A stretch of DNA of 64,000 bases from Candidatus Omnitrophota bacterium (GCA_037146775.1 JBAWWL010000003.1:66334-130333), one strand, 5' to 3'. Shown: positions 28,947-39,900, numbered from the stretch's first letter. Notes: generated from the sequence alone by a model not told the origin. Numbers and translations are program-made.

Positions 28947-30467
28947 GTGGAGAAAGTTAACTCGATGAGAATAATATTAATTGAACCGCCAATTAGCCGG
29001 CCTAAAGATGAAACAGTGGGGATCGCAGCGGAGGTTCCTATGGCCCTAGTTTCACTTGCCGCTACGCTTTTAAAAAGAAATCACGAAGTACATATTATCG
29101 ATGCCTTTGCTGAGGGGTATTTCGAGAGGACTATTCGAGATAAGAATAGTATGTATATTGGTCTTACCTTTGAAGACATTTTACAAAGAATTTTAAATTT
29201 CCGTGCAGACATTGTCGGAATTTCTTCAATATTTTTCTTTAATGCGCCAGTCGTCGTTGAGCTTGCTAACTTTCTTAAAGAACGCTGCCCAAATTTACAA
29301 ATTATTTTGGGTGGAATTGTCCCCGGGGTGCTATACCAAAAAATAATGAAGGAGAAAGGTGTGGATTTTATCGTGAGGGGGGAGGGAGACCATATTTTAC
29401 CCGATCTCGCAGAGAACATCAAAAATCCCGCCAAGGTACACGGCATTATTTGGCGCAAGGGGGCAAAAATTATCATAAATGAGGATGTGCCATTGCCTGA
29501 AGATCTGGATCAGTTACCTTTTCCTGCACGCGAACTATCTGATTTAGACCTTTACATCAAACTGGACAAGCCATTTGGATTTGTAAAAGAGAGAAAACGG
29601 TTTACAACGATATTAACTTCAAGGGGATGTCCTTTTTCTTGCGCTTTTTGTTCCGCTCATTTGGTACACGGGAAAAAAATTAGGTATCGCTCACCAGAAA
29701 ATGTTCTCATGGAGATTGATGAGCTGGTACAGAATTACGGAATCAATGAGGTGCATATCATTGATGAAAACTTCTCTTTAGACAAGTCACGCGCCATGAA
29801 AATAATGAACGGTTTAATTATGCGAGGTTATAATAAATTTCTTTCGTGGACCTGTCCAAACGGTCTCTTTGTCAAGTCTTTAGACGAGGAAGTAATAGAT
29901 AAGATGCAAGAAAGCAATTGCATTTCGGTGGCGTTGGCTGTTGAGAGCGGAAATCACGACGTCTGCAAAAATATGGTGAGAAAACCAGTTGATCATAAGC
30001 AAGTCGAAAGGGTTGTCAGGTATTTTAAAGAGCATACGGATATTCTTTTATGTGGATATTTCATTATAGGCTTTCCGGGAGAAACAAAAAAACAGGTAAT
30101 TGAAACATTTAACTTTGCGAATAAATTACAAATGCATAATGCTACAATTAGTATTTTAATGCCGTATCCATTCACGGATATTTACAATATTGCCTTGAGA
30201 GATGGATATCTTATTTTGGATGAAACGGATGAGTATTTTTCAAACCTGATGCCTAAACATGGTGTTATTAAGACCAATGAATTTGACCCATCGTGGCTTA
30301 AGGCAATCCAAGAAACCGATCGTTTCTTGGCACTTTTGAAAAAGAAGAAGAAGACTTTTTGGAGATTATGCTGGGAACTGATTTTTCGAGTCCATTGGAT
30401 GCTACCACGGGTTGCAGTGATGATTATTTATCACGCGATTAAAGGGGATATTTCGGGGAAAAAATGA
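28947..30467 (+). CDS. Cobalamin-dependent (class B) radical SAM protein
   Basis: VRGEGD, LPFPAR, TSRGCPFSCAFC, AVESG, FIIGFPGET. Confidence 0.9.
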   Translation: MEKVNSMRIILIEPPISRPKDETVGIAAEVPMALVSLAATLLKRNHEVHIIDAFAEGYFERTIRDKNSMYIGLTFEDILQRILNFRADIVGISSIFFFNAPVVVELANFLKERCPNLQIILGGIVPGVLYQKIMKEKGVDFIVRGEGDHILPDLAENIKNPAKVHGIIWRKGAKIIINEDVPLPEDLDQLPFPARELSDLDLYIKLDKPFGFVKERKRFTTILTSRGCPFSCAFCSAHLVHGKKIRYRSPENVLMEIDELVQNYGINEVHIIDENFSLDKSRAMKIMNGLIMRGYNKFLSWTCPNGLFVKSLDEEVIDKMQESNCISVALAVESGNHDVCKNMVRKPVDHKQVERVVRYFKEHTDILLCGYFIIGFPGETKKQVIETFNFANKLQMHNATISILMPYPFTDIYNIALRDGYLILDETDEYFSNLMPKHGVIKTNEFDPSWLKAIQETDRFLALLKKKKKTFWRLCWELIFRVHWMLPRVAVMIIYHAIKGDISGKK

Positions 30468-30644
30468 ATCTTTTGGCTTTTTCTTTTGACTACAAAATTG
30501 TCAATTTTTTCTTATGAAAAAAGATTATTTCGATGCGGCTGCGTTTATTCTTAGGAAGCAAAAGATGAGTTTATGTTCGTTGTTTGATTGGGAGTGTGCC
30601 TATCTATTGGTGTTATCCATATTAGTTTAATCGATACGCAAAAA

Positions 30645-30675
30645 TCTTTGGTCTTTAGCCCGTGGAAATTCATTT
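30645..30675. repeat. Degenerate copy of the IS200/605-like hairpin end seen at 7290-7321
   Basis: ggtctttagcccgtggaaattcatt vs gggctttggcccgtggaggttcatt. Confidence 0.5.
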
Positions 30676-30708
30676 GAAGGAAAGAAAAATTTTGAGATAG
30701 ATATTTAT

Positions 30709-31569
30709 TTGGTGGGTGGAGATAGCGACTTGAATAAAAAACAAATAAAATTCCTGCAAAGACTCGCGTCGGAAATAAGGACATATATTATTCGAATGAA
30801 TTGTTATGCGAATTCCGGACATCCTGGTGGGGCTTTGTCGTCGGCAGAAATCATTACTTATCTTTTTCATAAAGAGCTTAATTTTTCCCTATGTAATTAC
30901 CGGGATCCAGAGCGAGACCGGTTTATTCTGTCCAAGGGGCATTCTTGCATGGTTTTGTATGCGGCTCTGGCGCAGAAGGGTTTTTTTGGAATAGAGGAAT
31001 TTAGGAAATTACGCAAAGTTAATAGTATACTTCAGGGGCATCCTGATCGATTGAAGACCCCGGGCGTTGAGTTTAATTCCGGTTCTTTAGGCCAAGGATT
31101 TTCGTTTGCTCTTGGTTGTGCATTAGGTGGAAAACTTACTATGAAAAAATTTAGGGTTTATGTGCTACTTGGCGATGGGGAGTTAAACGAAGGCCAAGTG
31201 TGGGAAGGTTTTATGTTCGGCGCATTTTATAAATTAGATAATTTAGTTGCTATTGTAGATTATAATAAATATCAAAGCGATGATTTGTGCTCCAATGTTA
31301 CTGCACTTGAGCCCTTGGCTGATAAATTTAAAGCATTTGGTTGGAATGTATTGAGGATTAATGGACATAATTTTAAAGAAATTGCCAGAGCCTTCAGAAA
31401 CGCAAAAAACAGGAAAGGTAAGCCGACGGTTATTTTGGCCGACACCATTAAAGGTAAGGGGATATCTTTTATGGAAAATAATCCAAAATGGCATGGGAGC
31501 CTTGCTCCTCAGGGCGAAGAAAAGAAATGTGCTTTTCAAGAATGCGGTTGCGACGATATTAATCTATGA
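30709..31569 (+). CDS. Transketolase N-terminal (TPP-binding) subunit
   Basis: SGHPGGALS, DRFILSKGH, GSLGQG, GDGELNEG; start may be TTG 30730. Confidence 0.9.
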   Translation: MVGGDSDLNKKQIKFLQRLASEIRTYIIRMNCYANSGHPGGALSSAEIITYLFHKELNFSLCNYRDPERDRFILSKGHSCMVLYAALAQKGFFGIEEFRKLRKVNSILQGHPDRLKTPGVEFNSGSLGQGFSFALGCALGGKLTMKKFRVYVLLGDGELNEGQVWEGFMFGAFYKLDNLVAIVDYNKYQSDDLCSNVTALEPLADKFKAFGWNVLRINGHNFKEIARAFRNAKNRKGKPTVILADTIKGKGISFMENNPKWHGSLAPQGEEKKCAFQECGCDDINL

Positions 31570-32513
31570 TGACAATGCGTGAAGCCTTTGGTAAAGTTTT
31601 GGTTGAGTTAGGAAGCATACGTGATGATTTTGTAGTTCTCGATGCAGATGTGGCTGGTGGCACAGGTACCAATATTTTTAGAGACAAGTTTCCTGATAGA
31701 TTTATACAATGCGGTATTGCCGAGCAGAACATGATGTCTGTAGCCGCTGGTCTTTCAAGTATAGGGATTATACCCATTGTTACTTGTTACGGAGTTTTTG
31801 CTTCAATGCGAGCACTAGAACAAGCAAGAAATTCCATAGCTTATCCTAATTTTAATGTGAAAATTGTAGCGAGCCATTTAGGACTTGATGTTGGGCCGGA
31901 TGGCCCTACGCATCAGGCAATAGAGGATATCGCAATTTTCAGGTCTATTCCCAACTTTCGTATTATTTCTCCAGCTGATCCGTTTGAACTAAAAAAAGCC
32001 TTTACCGTTATGCTTGATATCCAGGGACCTTTTTACTTTCGCACAGGCAGAAGCCCCATACCTTTTATTTTTAATGATGATATAGATTTTAGGTTAGGAA
32101 AAGGAGTGCTTGTCCGAAAAGGCAATGATATTACTATAATAGCGGTGGGGGTAATGGTGAGCAGGGCAATTGAAGCGGCAGAAAAACTTAAAAACAAAAG
32201 GATACATTGTCGGGTAATCAATATGTCTACTCTCAAACCGATTGACAAAAAAATTATTATAAATTCAGCGGTTAAAACTAGAGCATTTGTTACAGCAGAG
32301 GACCACAATGTTAAGGGGGGGTTGGGCAGCGCAGTATCAGAGGTTTTAAGCCAACATTGCCCCTGTCCAATAGAATTTGTGGGTATCAAAGATACGTTCG
32401 CGGAATCCGGAGAGCCAGGATCATTGGCAGAAAAATACGGATTGACTTCTTCACATATTATTAAGGCAGTGGAACGGGTTATAAGACGTAAGAAAAAGGA
32501 GAATATAAAATGA
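31566..32513 (+). CDS. Transketolase C-terminal subunit
   Basis: GIAEQNM, DGPTHQAIED, AEDHNVKGGLG. Confidence 0.9.
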   Translation: MMTMREAFGKVLVELGSIRDDFVVLDADVAGGTGTNIFRDKFPDRFIQCGIAEQNMMSVAAGLSSIGIIPIVTCYGVFASMRALEQARNSIAYPNFNVKIVASHLGLDVGPDGPTHQAIEDIAIFRSIPNFRIISPADPFELKKAFTVMLDIQGPFYFRTGRSPIPFIFNDDIDFRLGKGVLVRKGNDITIIAVGVMVSRAIEAAEKLKNKRIHCRVINMSTLKPIDKKIIINSAVKTRAFVTAEDHNVKGGLGSAVSEVLSQHCPCPIEFVGIKDTFAESGEPGSLAEKYGLTSSHIIKAVERVIRRKKKENIK

Positions 32514-33256
32514 TTCTTTCCAATAAAGTTACTCTGGTTACAGGCGGTAGTCGAGGTCTTGGGAGAATAATTAGTTTAAATTTAGCTAACGCGGGAGCTT
32601 TGGTGATTTTGACTTATCATACGCGAAGACATCAAGCCGAAAGAGTCGTTCAACAGATTTTGCATGATGGCGGTAAGGCGTTGGCCTTACAAATGGATGT
32701 ATGCGACAGAAGGAGTGTCCGAAAAGTCATTGGATTTATAAAAAAGAAGTATAAAAAACTAGATGTTTTAGTCAATAACGCGGGTATAAATCAGCCGGCC
32801 GATTTCGATAAAATTAAAGACAAAGATTGGGATAAAGTTTTAGCTGTTAATCTTAAGGGTCCGTTTATATGTATTCAAGAATCTTTGTTTTTACTGAAGA
32901 AATCAGCAGCTGGCAGCATAATCAACATTGGTTCGGTCAGTGGTCAATATGGTGGTCCGAGAACAGTCCACTATGCAGTAAGTAAAGCCGGATTGATTTC
33001 TTTAAGCCAAGTTGTAGCTCGTTTTGTTGCAAATTATAATATTCGTTGTAATACCATAGCCGTAGGATTAATAAAATCTGAAATGGCAAATAAGGGTTTA
33101 AAATCTTTAGCTGTATCGAAATTAGCGGAGAATATATTATTAAAAAGATTAGGTACGGCACAAGAAGTGGCGACGGCGGTATTATTTTTAGCAGCGAATG
33201 ACAGTAGCTATATTACTGCGCAAACAATTAATGTTAATGGAGGTTTATACTTTTGA
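32510..33256 (+). CDS. SDR oxidoreductase (FabG-like)
   Basis: TGGSRGLG, VNNAG, YAVSK, YITAQTINVNGG. Confidence 0.85.
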   Translation: MILSNKVTLVTGGSRGLGRIISLNLANAGALVILTYHTRRHQAERVVQQILHDGGKALALQMDVCDRRSVRKVIGFIKKKYKKLDVLVNNAGINQPADFDKIKDKDWDKVLAVNLKGPFICIQESLFLLKKSAAGSIINIGSVSGQYGGPRTVHYAVSKAGLISLSQVVARFVANYNIRCNTIAVGLIKSEMANKGLKSLAVSKLAENILLKRLGTAQEVATAVLFLAANDSSYITAQTINVNGGLYF

Positions 33257-34470
33257 ACAAGACTTTACTTATTATAGGCGCTGGCATAGAACAAATTCCA
33301 GGCATAAAATTAGCCAAAAAAATGGGACTATATGTTTTAGCAACAGATGGTAATCCTTTTGCGCCCGGTTTTAAACATGCGGATGATTATGCCAGGGTAA
33401 GCACTTATAATATTAAAGGGACAGTAGATTTTGCTTCTAGGTATAACCAAAAGAAAAAAATAGACGGCGTAGTGACTTTAGCTAGTGACGTTCCTGTGAC
33501 CGTTTCTTCAGTGGCACATGAATTACGATTATCTGGGAATACTATAACAACAGCAAAATTAGCATCTAACAAATTACTGATGAAAAATAAATTTGCTGCC
33601 GATGGTATTTCTATTCCAGAATTTTGCGAGGTAAAGAATGTGCAAGATATCAAAAGATTTATTAAAAAAAATGGATATCCAGTAGTTATAAAACCAATTG
33701 ATAGTCGCGGAGCAAGGGGAGTTTTGAGAATTACAGAAAATATAGACTTGGAATGGGCATTTGGACGAAGCAAAAAAGAGTCATCTTTGGGGCGGGTTAT
33801 GGTAGAAAAATTTTTAGACGGCCCGCAGATTAGTTCAGAATCTATTATCTATGATGATAATATTTATACCCCGGGATTATCTAATAGAAATTACGAATAT
33901 CTGGAAAGATTCAGTCCTTACATAATAGAAAATGGAGGAGATCTTCCTGTTTCGTTGAACGACAGCCAAAAAAAATCTTTAGATGAAGTTTTGCTTAAAG
34001 CTGCAAATTCAATAGGGATTAAGCGAGGCTCGATCAAGGGAGATATCGTTTGGACGCGTAATGGACCAAAAGTGATAGAGGTGGCCGCGCGTTTAAGTGG
34101 CGGTTGGTTTTGCACTGATGAAATCCCACTTTCAACCGGGGTCAATGTTGTAAAAACGGTTATTGATATGGCTTTGGGGATAAAGCCTAATTTTACGGAA
34201 CTTATACCAAAATATCATAGAGGAGTGGCATTAAGGTATATTTTCGCAAATAAAGGTAAAATAACTGGAATTTCCGGAGTCAATGTTGTCAAGGGTAACC
34301 CAAATGTCGTAAAGGTTGGGATAAATATTAAGCCAGGTAGCATTATAGATGAAATAAGCGACCATACGAAGAGGTTAGGTTATGTTATAACACGAGCTGA
34401 CACAAGAGAAAAAGCTATAAAAGCTGCCCAAAAAGCTATATCCTCAATAAAAATACACATTTCTAAATGA
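33253..34470 (+). CDS. ATP-grasp domain protein
   Basis: NKLLMK, IKPIDSRGARGV, VEKFLDG, IEVAARLSGG. Confidence 0.85.
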   Translation: MNKTLLIIGAGIEQIPGIKLAKKMGLYVLATDGNPFAPGFKHADDYARVSTYNIKGTVDFASRYNQKKKIDGVVTLASDVPVTVSSVAHELRLSGNTITTAKLASNKLLMKNKFAADGISIPEFCEVKNVQDIKRFIKKNGYPVVIKPIDSRGARGVLRITENIDLEWAFGRSKKESSLGRVMVEKFLDGPQISSESIIYDDNIYTPGLSNRNYEYLERFSPYIIENGGDLPVSLNDSQKKSLDEVLLKAANSIGIKRGSIKGDIVWTRNGPKVIEVAARLSGGWFCTDEIPLSTGVNVVKTVIDMALGIKPNFTELIPKYHRGVALRYIFANKGKITGISGVNVVKGNPNVVKVGINIKPGSIIDEISDHTKRLGYVITRADTREKAIKAAQKAISSIKIHISK

Positions 34471-36470
34471 ACAAGCTAAATTTATACATTGTATTTCATT
34501 TAAATATCAATTATTCATCTATTGCCAAGAAGCAGAGACCTCTTGTTATGGAAAAATGTTACTGGCCAATATTAGATTTTGTTGATTTATTCAACATTCC
34601 GTTGGGTATAGAATTGTCAGGATATACATTAGAGCAAATTAACAAACTTTCTCCTGATTGGACTAAAAAAATTCGCTCATTATTGAAGCAGAATAAAATT
34701 GAGATAATCGGATCCGGTTATTCTCAAGTAATAGGACCACTAGTTCCGGCTGAAGTTAATCAATATAATCAAAAAATTGGTATAGAAACTTATCAAAAAA
34801 TCTTAGGGGTAAGGCCAATAATTGCCTTGGTCAACGAACAAGCCTATTCCGTTGGCTTACTATCTCATTATAAAAAAGCAGGTTACCAGGCTATTGTGAC
34901 GGAATGGGATAATCCTTATCGTTTTCATCAAAATTGGAATAAGTTATGGAAGTATTATCCACAGATAGCTTGCGATGATTATGGTAATCGTATTAATCTT
35001 ATTTGGAATAAAGCAATCGCTTTTCAAAAATTCCAGCGCTACGCCCATGCGGAAATAGAATTTGATGAGTATCTTGAATATTTAAAAAGCCATATAGCAA
35101 AAGAAGAAAGAACTCTTGCTTTGTACGGAAATGATGCTGAGATTTTTGATTTCCGACCAGGCCGTTTTCTTACTGAGGCAAAGATATATAAGAATGGTGA
35201 ATGGAATAGGATTAAAGAACTATTTAAAAGACTAAAGGAAGATAGAAATTTTGACTTTATACTTCCCTCGGACGTTCTTAAATTATTAAAGCATCCTTTA
35301 GCTGGAAACAAACTGCATTTAGAGTCGAGCGAGCAGCCGATACCAGTAAAAAAACAGGAGAAATACAATATTACCAGATGGGCAGTTACTGGTAAAAATG
35401 ATACAGAAATTAACACTAAATGTTATCAAATTTATTATCGCTTGATAAATTGTAAAATAATAGTAAAGAATCAGATGAAACTTAAGCAATTATGGAAAAA
35501 ATTATGCTATCTATGGAGCAGTGATTTCCGAACCCACATAGAACAGAAGCGGTGGCTAATTTTTCAAAAGGAGCTGGAAACCACGCTGCGTATAGCTAAT
35601 AAACTGCCAAGCAAAGAAGTAGCAAAGCGTAAAACTAATGTATGTTGCCATAAAAGTAACTATTTTCCCAAGGTAAATGTAAGAAATGTAAATACTAAGA
35701 TTGAAATTGAAACAAAAAGAGCTGAAATAACGCTTAACCGCGCCAAGGGATTAGCAATAGATTCGCTGATATTTAAAAATATTTCTGCCAAACCACTAAT
35801 TGGAACAATTCCGCACGGCTATTACGATGACATAAGTTTTGGCGCAGATTTTTTTACAGGGCATACTATTATAGAGGAGAGTGGTAAGAAAAAGATAACT
35901 GACTTAGAAGAAGCCCACCCAGTTATAGATAAAAATTGTCATAAAAATAAAGAATATTTAACCATAAAAGCTTTACTACAAACAAGGCTTGGTAAGATAC
36001 AAAAAGAAATTTTTATCTATCTTTTCAAAGATAGAATTGATATTAGTTATGATTTTGACATTTTTCTTGAAAATCTAGCTTCATTACGTACTGGCATTAT
36101 TACTTTATTGCCGGAATCTTTTGACAAAAAGACGCTTTATTATAAGACAATGAACGGCGGCTATAATCCTGAAAAGTTTTCGGTTGGTAAAAATTCTATA
36201 CGCCATACCAATTCTGTCGATAGGCTTATATCAGCGTGCCATTGTTTGGGTTCAACCAGTGGATGGGTTGAAATGGGAGATAAAGATAAACATATCACTG
36301 TTCATACCGATAAATCAAAGATGTATAGCGTTCCAATGATAGAATATGAAAATGTATCAAAATCTTATTTCTTTAGGTGTTCCAACTCGGTCTTAGAAAG
36401 CGATGAAACATCTGTTGAAAATAAAATAATTAAAGGAAAGATAACACTCTCTATAACAGCATCTAGATGA
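34467..36470 (+). CDS. GH57-like / polysaccharide-deacetylase-fold protein
   Basis: VFHLN, CYWP, IEIIGSGYSQ, YGNDAEIF, WSSDFR. Confidence 0.6.
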   Translation: MNKLNLYIVFHLNINYSSIAKKQRPLVMEKCYWPILDFVDLFNIPLGIELSGYTLEQINKLSPDWTKKIRSLLKQNKIEIIGSGYSQVIGPLVPAEVNQYNQKIGIETYQKILGVRPIIALVNEQAYSVGLLSHYKKAGYQAIVTEWDNPYRFHQNWNKLWKYYPQIACDDYGNRINLIWNKAIAFQKFQRYAHAEIEFDEYLEYLKSHIAKEERTLALYGNDAEIFDFRPGRFLTEAKIYKNGEWNRIKELFKRLKEDRNFDFILPSDVLKLLKHPLAGNKLHLESSEQPIPVKKQEKYNITRWAVTGKNDTEINTKCYQIYYRLINCKIIVKNQMKLKQLWKKLCYLWSSDFRTHIEQKRWLIFQKELETTLRIANKLPSKEVAKRKTNVCCHKSNYFPKVNVRNVNTKIEIETKRAEITLNRAKGLAIDSLIFKNISAKPLIGTIPHGYYDDISFGADFFTGHTIIEESGKKKITDLEEAHPVIDKNCHKNKEYLTIKALLQTRLGKIQKEIFIYLFKDRIDISYDFDIFLENLASLRTGIITLLPESFDKKTLYYKTMNGGYNPEKFSVGKNSIRHTNSVDRLISACHCLGSTSGWVEMGDKDKHITVHTDKSKMYSVPMIEYENVSKSYFFRCSNSVLESDETSVENKIIKGKITLSITASR

Positions 36471-36482
36471 GTTTAATTTATC

Positions 36483-38006
36483 ATGGACATTAAAAGCAAT
36501 AATATGTTCGCCATGAGCAATGATGTTTTTTATGCACTATATTCTTGGATAGATAAACATAGTCGAGAGAAACAATTTATTTATGAAGGAATAGATATTC
36601 TTCAAGCATATGGAGAGAGGCTATATTATTTTTTATTTACCATTGTTCAGGAAGAAACAGTAAAAAATTCCACTAAAAACACATATTCTACTATAACTTC
36701 GGAAATGGAACTAAGCTATAAAAATGATAATTTTTCCGCTCGGGAACTTTTAGATTCTTTTTTAAACACAATACGTAAAACAACAAATTTTTTAAGACCT
36801 ATTAAAAATAAAAAAATTCTTATATATTCTGATTTAAATCGGGTAGAAGTAATCACAGAGCTGCTAAAGAAAGAAGTTATCTTTTTAAGAGACTCACTGC
36901 CAACATCATTATTTTTTCCGTTATTGTCTAAGGGAATTATTATAAAGTTAACTTCAGACTATAGAATATCTCTCAAACAAAAGGAAAATCTCTCACGAGT
37001 TGCAGATGAAATGATAAATAAAATGGAAAAATCATCCGAAGTCTTATATCTCAGCAATAATAATTTTTCTTGTTATGTCAAAAAATATCTTTTATTGATA
37101 TGGCAAAAAGAATTAGCACACGTTTTTCAAAGGATAGAGCAGTTTCATTCTTTATTCAAGACCGTACCAATTGTGGCTTTGTTGGTTGATGAGGATAGGA
37201 CTGTTGATAAAAATTTATTGGTTCAGGTGTCTAAGCAATATTCTTGTAAATCTTATGTAAATTGTCATGGTGAACCATTCTTAAAAATAGGATATATTCC
37301 CCTGGTTGCTGATTATATATTTGTGTGGGGAGAGCACCAAAAAACAATATTGATTCAAGCAGGCTTAGAGGCCAATAAAATTATCGTAAATGGCAGTTCC
37401 AAGCACGACCTCTATGTGAATGTTGATACCGCTGTAATTAAAAGAAAGATTTGTAAAGATTTACAATTATCACAATCCAAGACGATATTATTGATTGCTC
37501 CTCATCCTATCTTTGATAAAAGAACAGTTTGGAAACGTATATTATGGCCTCAAAATGAGGCGATAATAAGGACAGCCAGCACTTTTAAGGAATTACAAAT
37601 TGTCGTAAAACTTCATCCTGGTGACGTGTGTGGTCCCGAAATACGTTTTTTGGCAAAAAGTTTAGGTATTAGGGAAGAAAGCATTCTAATAAAATACGAT
37701 TCTCTTGTATTAGCCAAGGGGGTAGACCTGTTAATTGTTAACAAATCTACTTTTGCTATTGATGGGTTGGCATACCAGAAACCAGTGGTTCTAGCCGATG
37801 AAGAAAGTGTAGAAAGGTATAAAAACCTGAATGTATTTTATGATGGAACAACAGAAGAAAAATTAAAAGATTCTATCGAGGGCATTTTATCCGGCAAGTA
37901 TAAAAACCATCTTGTTAATTGGCAGACAGCTGCTAATTATTTGTTTAATGGTGTGGATGGTAAGGCTTCGGAAAGGATTGTCAAGAGGTTACTTGAAAAT
38001 GAATAG
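36483..38006 (+). CDS. GT-B-fold protein, candidate nonulosonate (sialyl-like) transferase
   Basis: VDED, CHG, FVWGE, VKLHPGD, STFAIDG, DGKASERI; sits between the nonulosonate pathway and the flippase. Confidence 0.5.
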   Translation: MDIKSNNMFAMSNDVFYALYSWIDKHSREKQFIYEGIDILQAYGERLYYFLFTIVQEETVKNSTKNTYSTITSEMELSYKNDNFSARELLDSFLNTIRKTTNFLRPIKNKKILIYSDLNRVEVITELLKKEVIFLRDSLPTSLFFPLLSKGIIIKLTSDYRISLKQKENLSRVADEMINKMEKSSEVLYLSNNNFSCYVKKYLLLIWQKELAHVFQRIEQFHSLFKTVPIVALLVDEDRTVDKNLLVQVSKQYSCKSYVNCHGEPFLKIGYIPLVADYIFVWGEHQKTILIQAGLEANKIIVNGSSKHDLYVNVDTAVIKRKICKDLQLSQSKTILLIAPHPIFDKRTVWKRILWPQNEAIIRTASTFKELQIVVKLHPGDVCGPEIRFLAKSLGIREESILIKYDSLVLAKGVDLLIVNKSTFAIDGLAYQKPVVLADEESVERYKNLNVFYDGTTEEKLKDSIEGILSGKYKNHLVNWQTAANYLFNGVDGKASERIVKRLLENE

Positions 38007-39480
38007 CCAAGATAGGAAGGCGGTAATAATTAAAGATACAAGCAAATATTCTTTAGCGCAATATGCGGCGCAGGCAATCGGTTTTCTTACCGCATTTTTT
38101 ATGCGTAAGTTTTTGGGGCCTTATCAGATGGGTATATGGAGTTTGCTTAAAGTAGCGCAAGGATATTTAGGCTATTTGCAGCTTGGGGTTGAATCTGCCG
38201 CGGTGTATCGTATCCCGTTTTATAAAGGGAAAAGCGACGTCGCCGCTGAAACTGAAACAAAAGATACTGCTTTTAGCTTCATGTTTTTGATGTCTGTATT
38301 TTCATCAATAGCTTTGGCAATCGCCGCATTGTTGGTAAGAAAGCATTATCCATTAGAAGTTATTGTCGGCCTTTTATCTTTAGCGTTGTATGTTATCCTG
38401 CAGCGTTTATATTCTTTCTATATCATTACGCTAAGAGCTTACAGAAATTTTTCAGTGCTTACTAAGTCGTTACTTTTTGACGCTATAGTTAACCTTATAT
38501 TGGTGGTTTTATTAGTTAAGTTTTTTAAAATTTACGGGCTTTATATTACCATAAGCATACTTGCTGTCTTAAATACGTTGTTTGTAGGCCGTCTGTCCGG
38601 ATATAAATTAAATTTTAAGTTTGTATTCAAGCGGTTTAAGGAGCTGACTGTTTATGGTTTTCCGCTTTTGATTGGAGGCTTTTTGGGGGAGATATTAAGC
38701 ACCATAGACAGCATTATGATTGCAAAAATGATGGGTGTGGTTTTTGTGGGTTATTACAGCGTTGCTCTTATGACAAAAAATTGTATTTATGGTTTATCTA
38801 ACAATTTAGGGATTGTAACTATACCTCATATGCAGGAAGTGTATGGCAAAAGCGGGGATATGGAAGAAATAAAGAAATTTGTAACTCATTCTGTAAAAGT
38901 AATTTCATATCTTTTGTCGCCCATCTTAGGTATAACTTATTTTATCGCACCTTTTTTTGTAACAATTTTTCTGCCCAAATATATCCCAGGTATAGCTGCC
39001 TTGCAAATACTTCTTCTTAATACATTTTTTCTTTCTTGTTCTGCGCAATCAGGGCAATTTCTAGTTACTATCGGGAAACAGTCTCGTTTAATAATTATTA
39101 GTGTGGCCGCGATTATACTAAATATATTTTTCAACTTTTATTTTATTAAAATCGGATTAGGAATTTCAGGCGTTGCGTTGGGTACTTCGTTTTCTTCTTT
39201 TTTTGTTTTTACAGCCATGCTTATATATGCGATGAAACACTTTGCGAATTTTCGTGACATATTTAAATTCATTGTTAATATTCTGCTCGCCCCATTTTAT
39301 ATGATATCCATAATCTATTTTTGTGACTCTTTAAAAATCACAGGACTTTCCTCGATATCATTGCTTACTTTTCAATTAATTGTTATGGCTTTTGCTTCAT
39401 TGCCTTTAGTTATCTATATAAATAAAGAAACAGGAGTATTACATTTAATATTCGAAGCGATAGTAAAACGTTTTAAGTAA
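37999..39480 (+). CDS. wzx: Oligosaccharide flippase (Wzx/MOP family)
   Basis: ~12-14 TM, LGPYQMG, YGFPL, IDSIMI, VGYYSVA. Confidence 0.8.
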   Translation: MNSQDRKAVIIKDTSKYSLAQYAAQAIGFLTAFFMRKFLGPYQMGIWSLLKVAQGYLGYLQLGVESAAVYRIPFYKGKSDVAAETETKDTAFSFMFLMSVFSSIALAIAALLVRKHYPLEVIVGLLSLALYVILQRLYSFYIITLRAYRNFSVLTKSLLFDAIVNLILVVLLVKFFKIYGLYITISILAVLNTLFVGRLSGYKLNFKFVFKRFKELTVYGFPLLIGGFLGEILSTIDSIMIAKMMGVVFVGYYSVALMTKNCIYGLSNNLGIVTIPHMQEVYGKSGDMEEIKKFVTHSVKVISYLLSPILGITYFIAPFFVTIFLPKYIPGIAALQILLLNTFFLSCSAQSGQFLVTIGKQSRLIIISVAAIILNIFFNFYFIKIGLGISGVALGTSFSSFFVFTAMLIYAMKHFANFRDIFKFIVNILLAPFYMISIIYFCDSLKITGLSSISLLTFQLIVMAFASLPLVIYINKETGVLHLIFEAIVKRFK

Positions 39481-39482
39481 TT

Positions 39483-39900
39483 ATGCCGAAAATTAATATT
39501 GCAGTTTTAAATTATATTTTTACCAAAAAAGGATGGGGGGATAACTGGTGTAGCCATCACAACACTATTGTCTTCTTTTTTTATTTTTATTGTTACGCTA
39601 GTATGTACTACGCGCCATTTTTCTAAGCAACATGAAATTATACAGTTTATTTTAAAAATTTTGTTTCCTCTAGTCTATGTTATATGTATTGTGATGGGGG
39701 TGTACTTATTTTATAAGAATTTTAAATCCCGACATTAGATTATTTGTAAATCTCGCAGTAATGAGCGTAGCCTCGATGCCTTTATTATTTTATATTGACA
39801 AAAAAACACATGTTTTGCGGTTAATATTTAAGTATTTAAAAAATAAAATTATATTCATGAAGAGGAGGATGGTGAACAATGGAAAGCGATCATCGTTATA
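39483..39900 (+). pseudogene. Chimeric remnant: GT2 5' stub fused to a frameshifted C-terminus of a diverged flippase
   Basis: MPKINIAVLNY (cf. MKVNIAILNY at 40623), then IFTKKGWG/ITGVAITTLLSSFFIF...RHF and LAVMSVASMPLLFYIDKKTHVLRLIF (cf. flippase GLGISGVALGTSFSSFFVF...ASLPLVIYINKETGVLHLIF). Confidence 0.75.
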
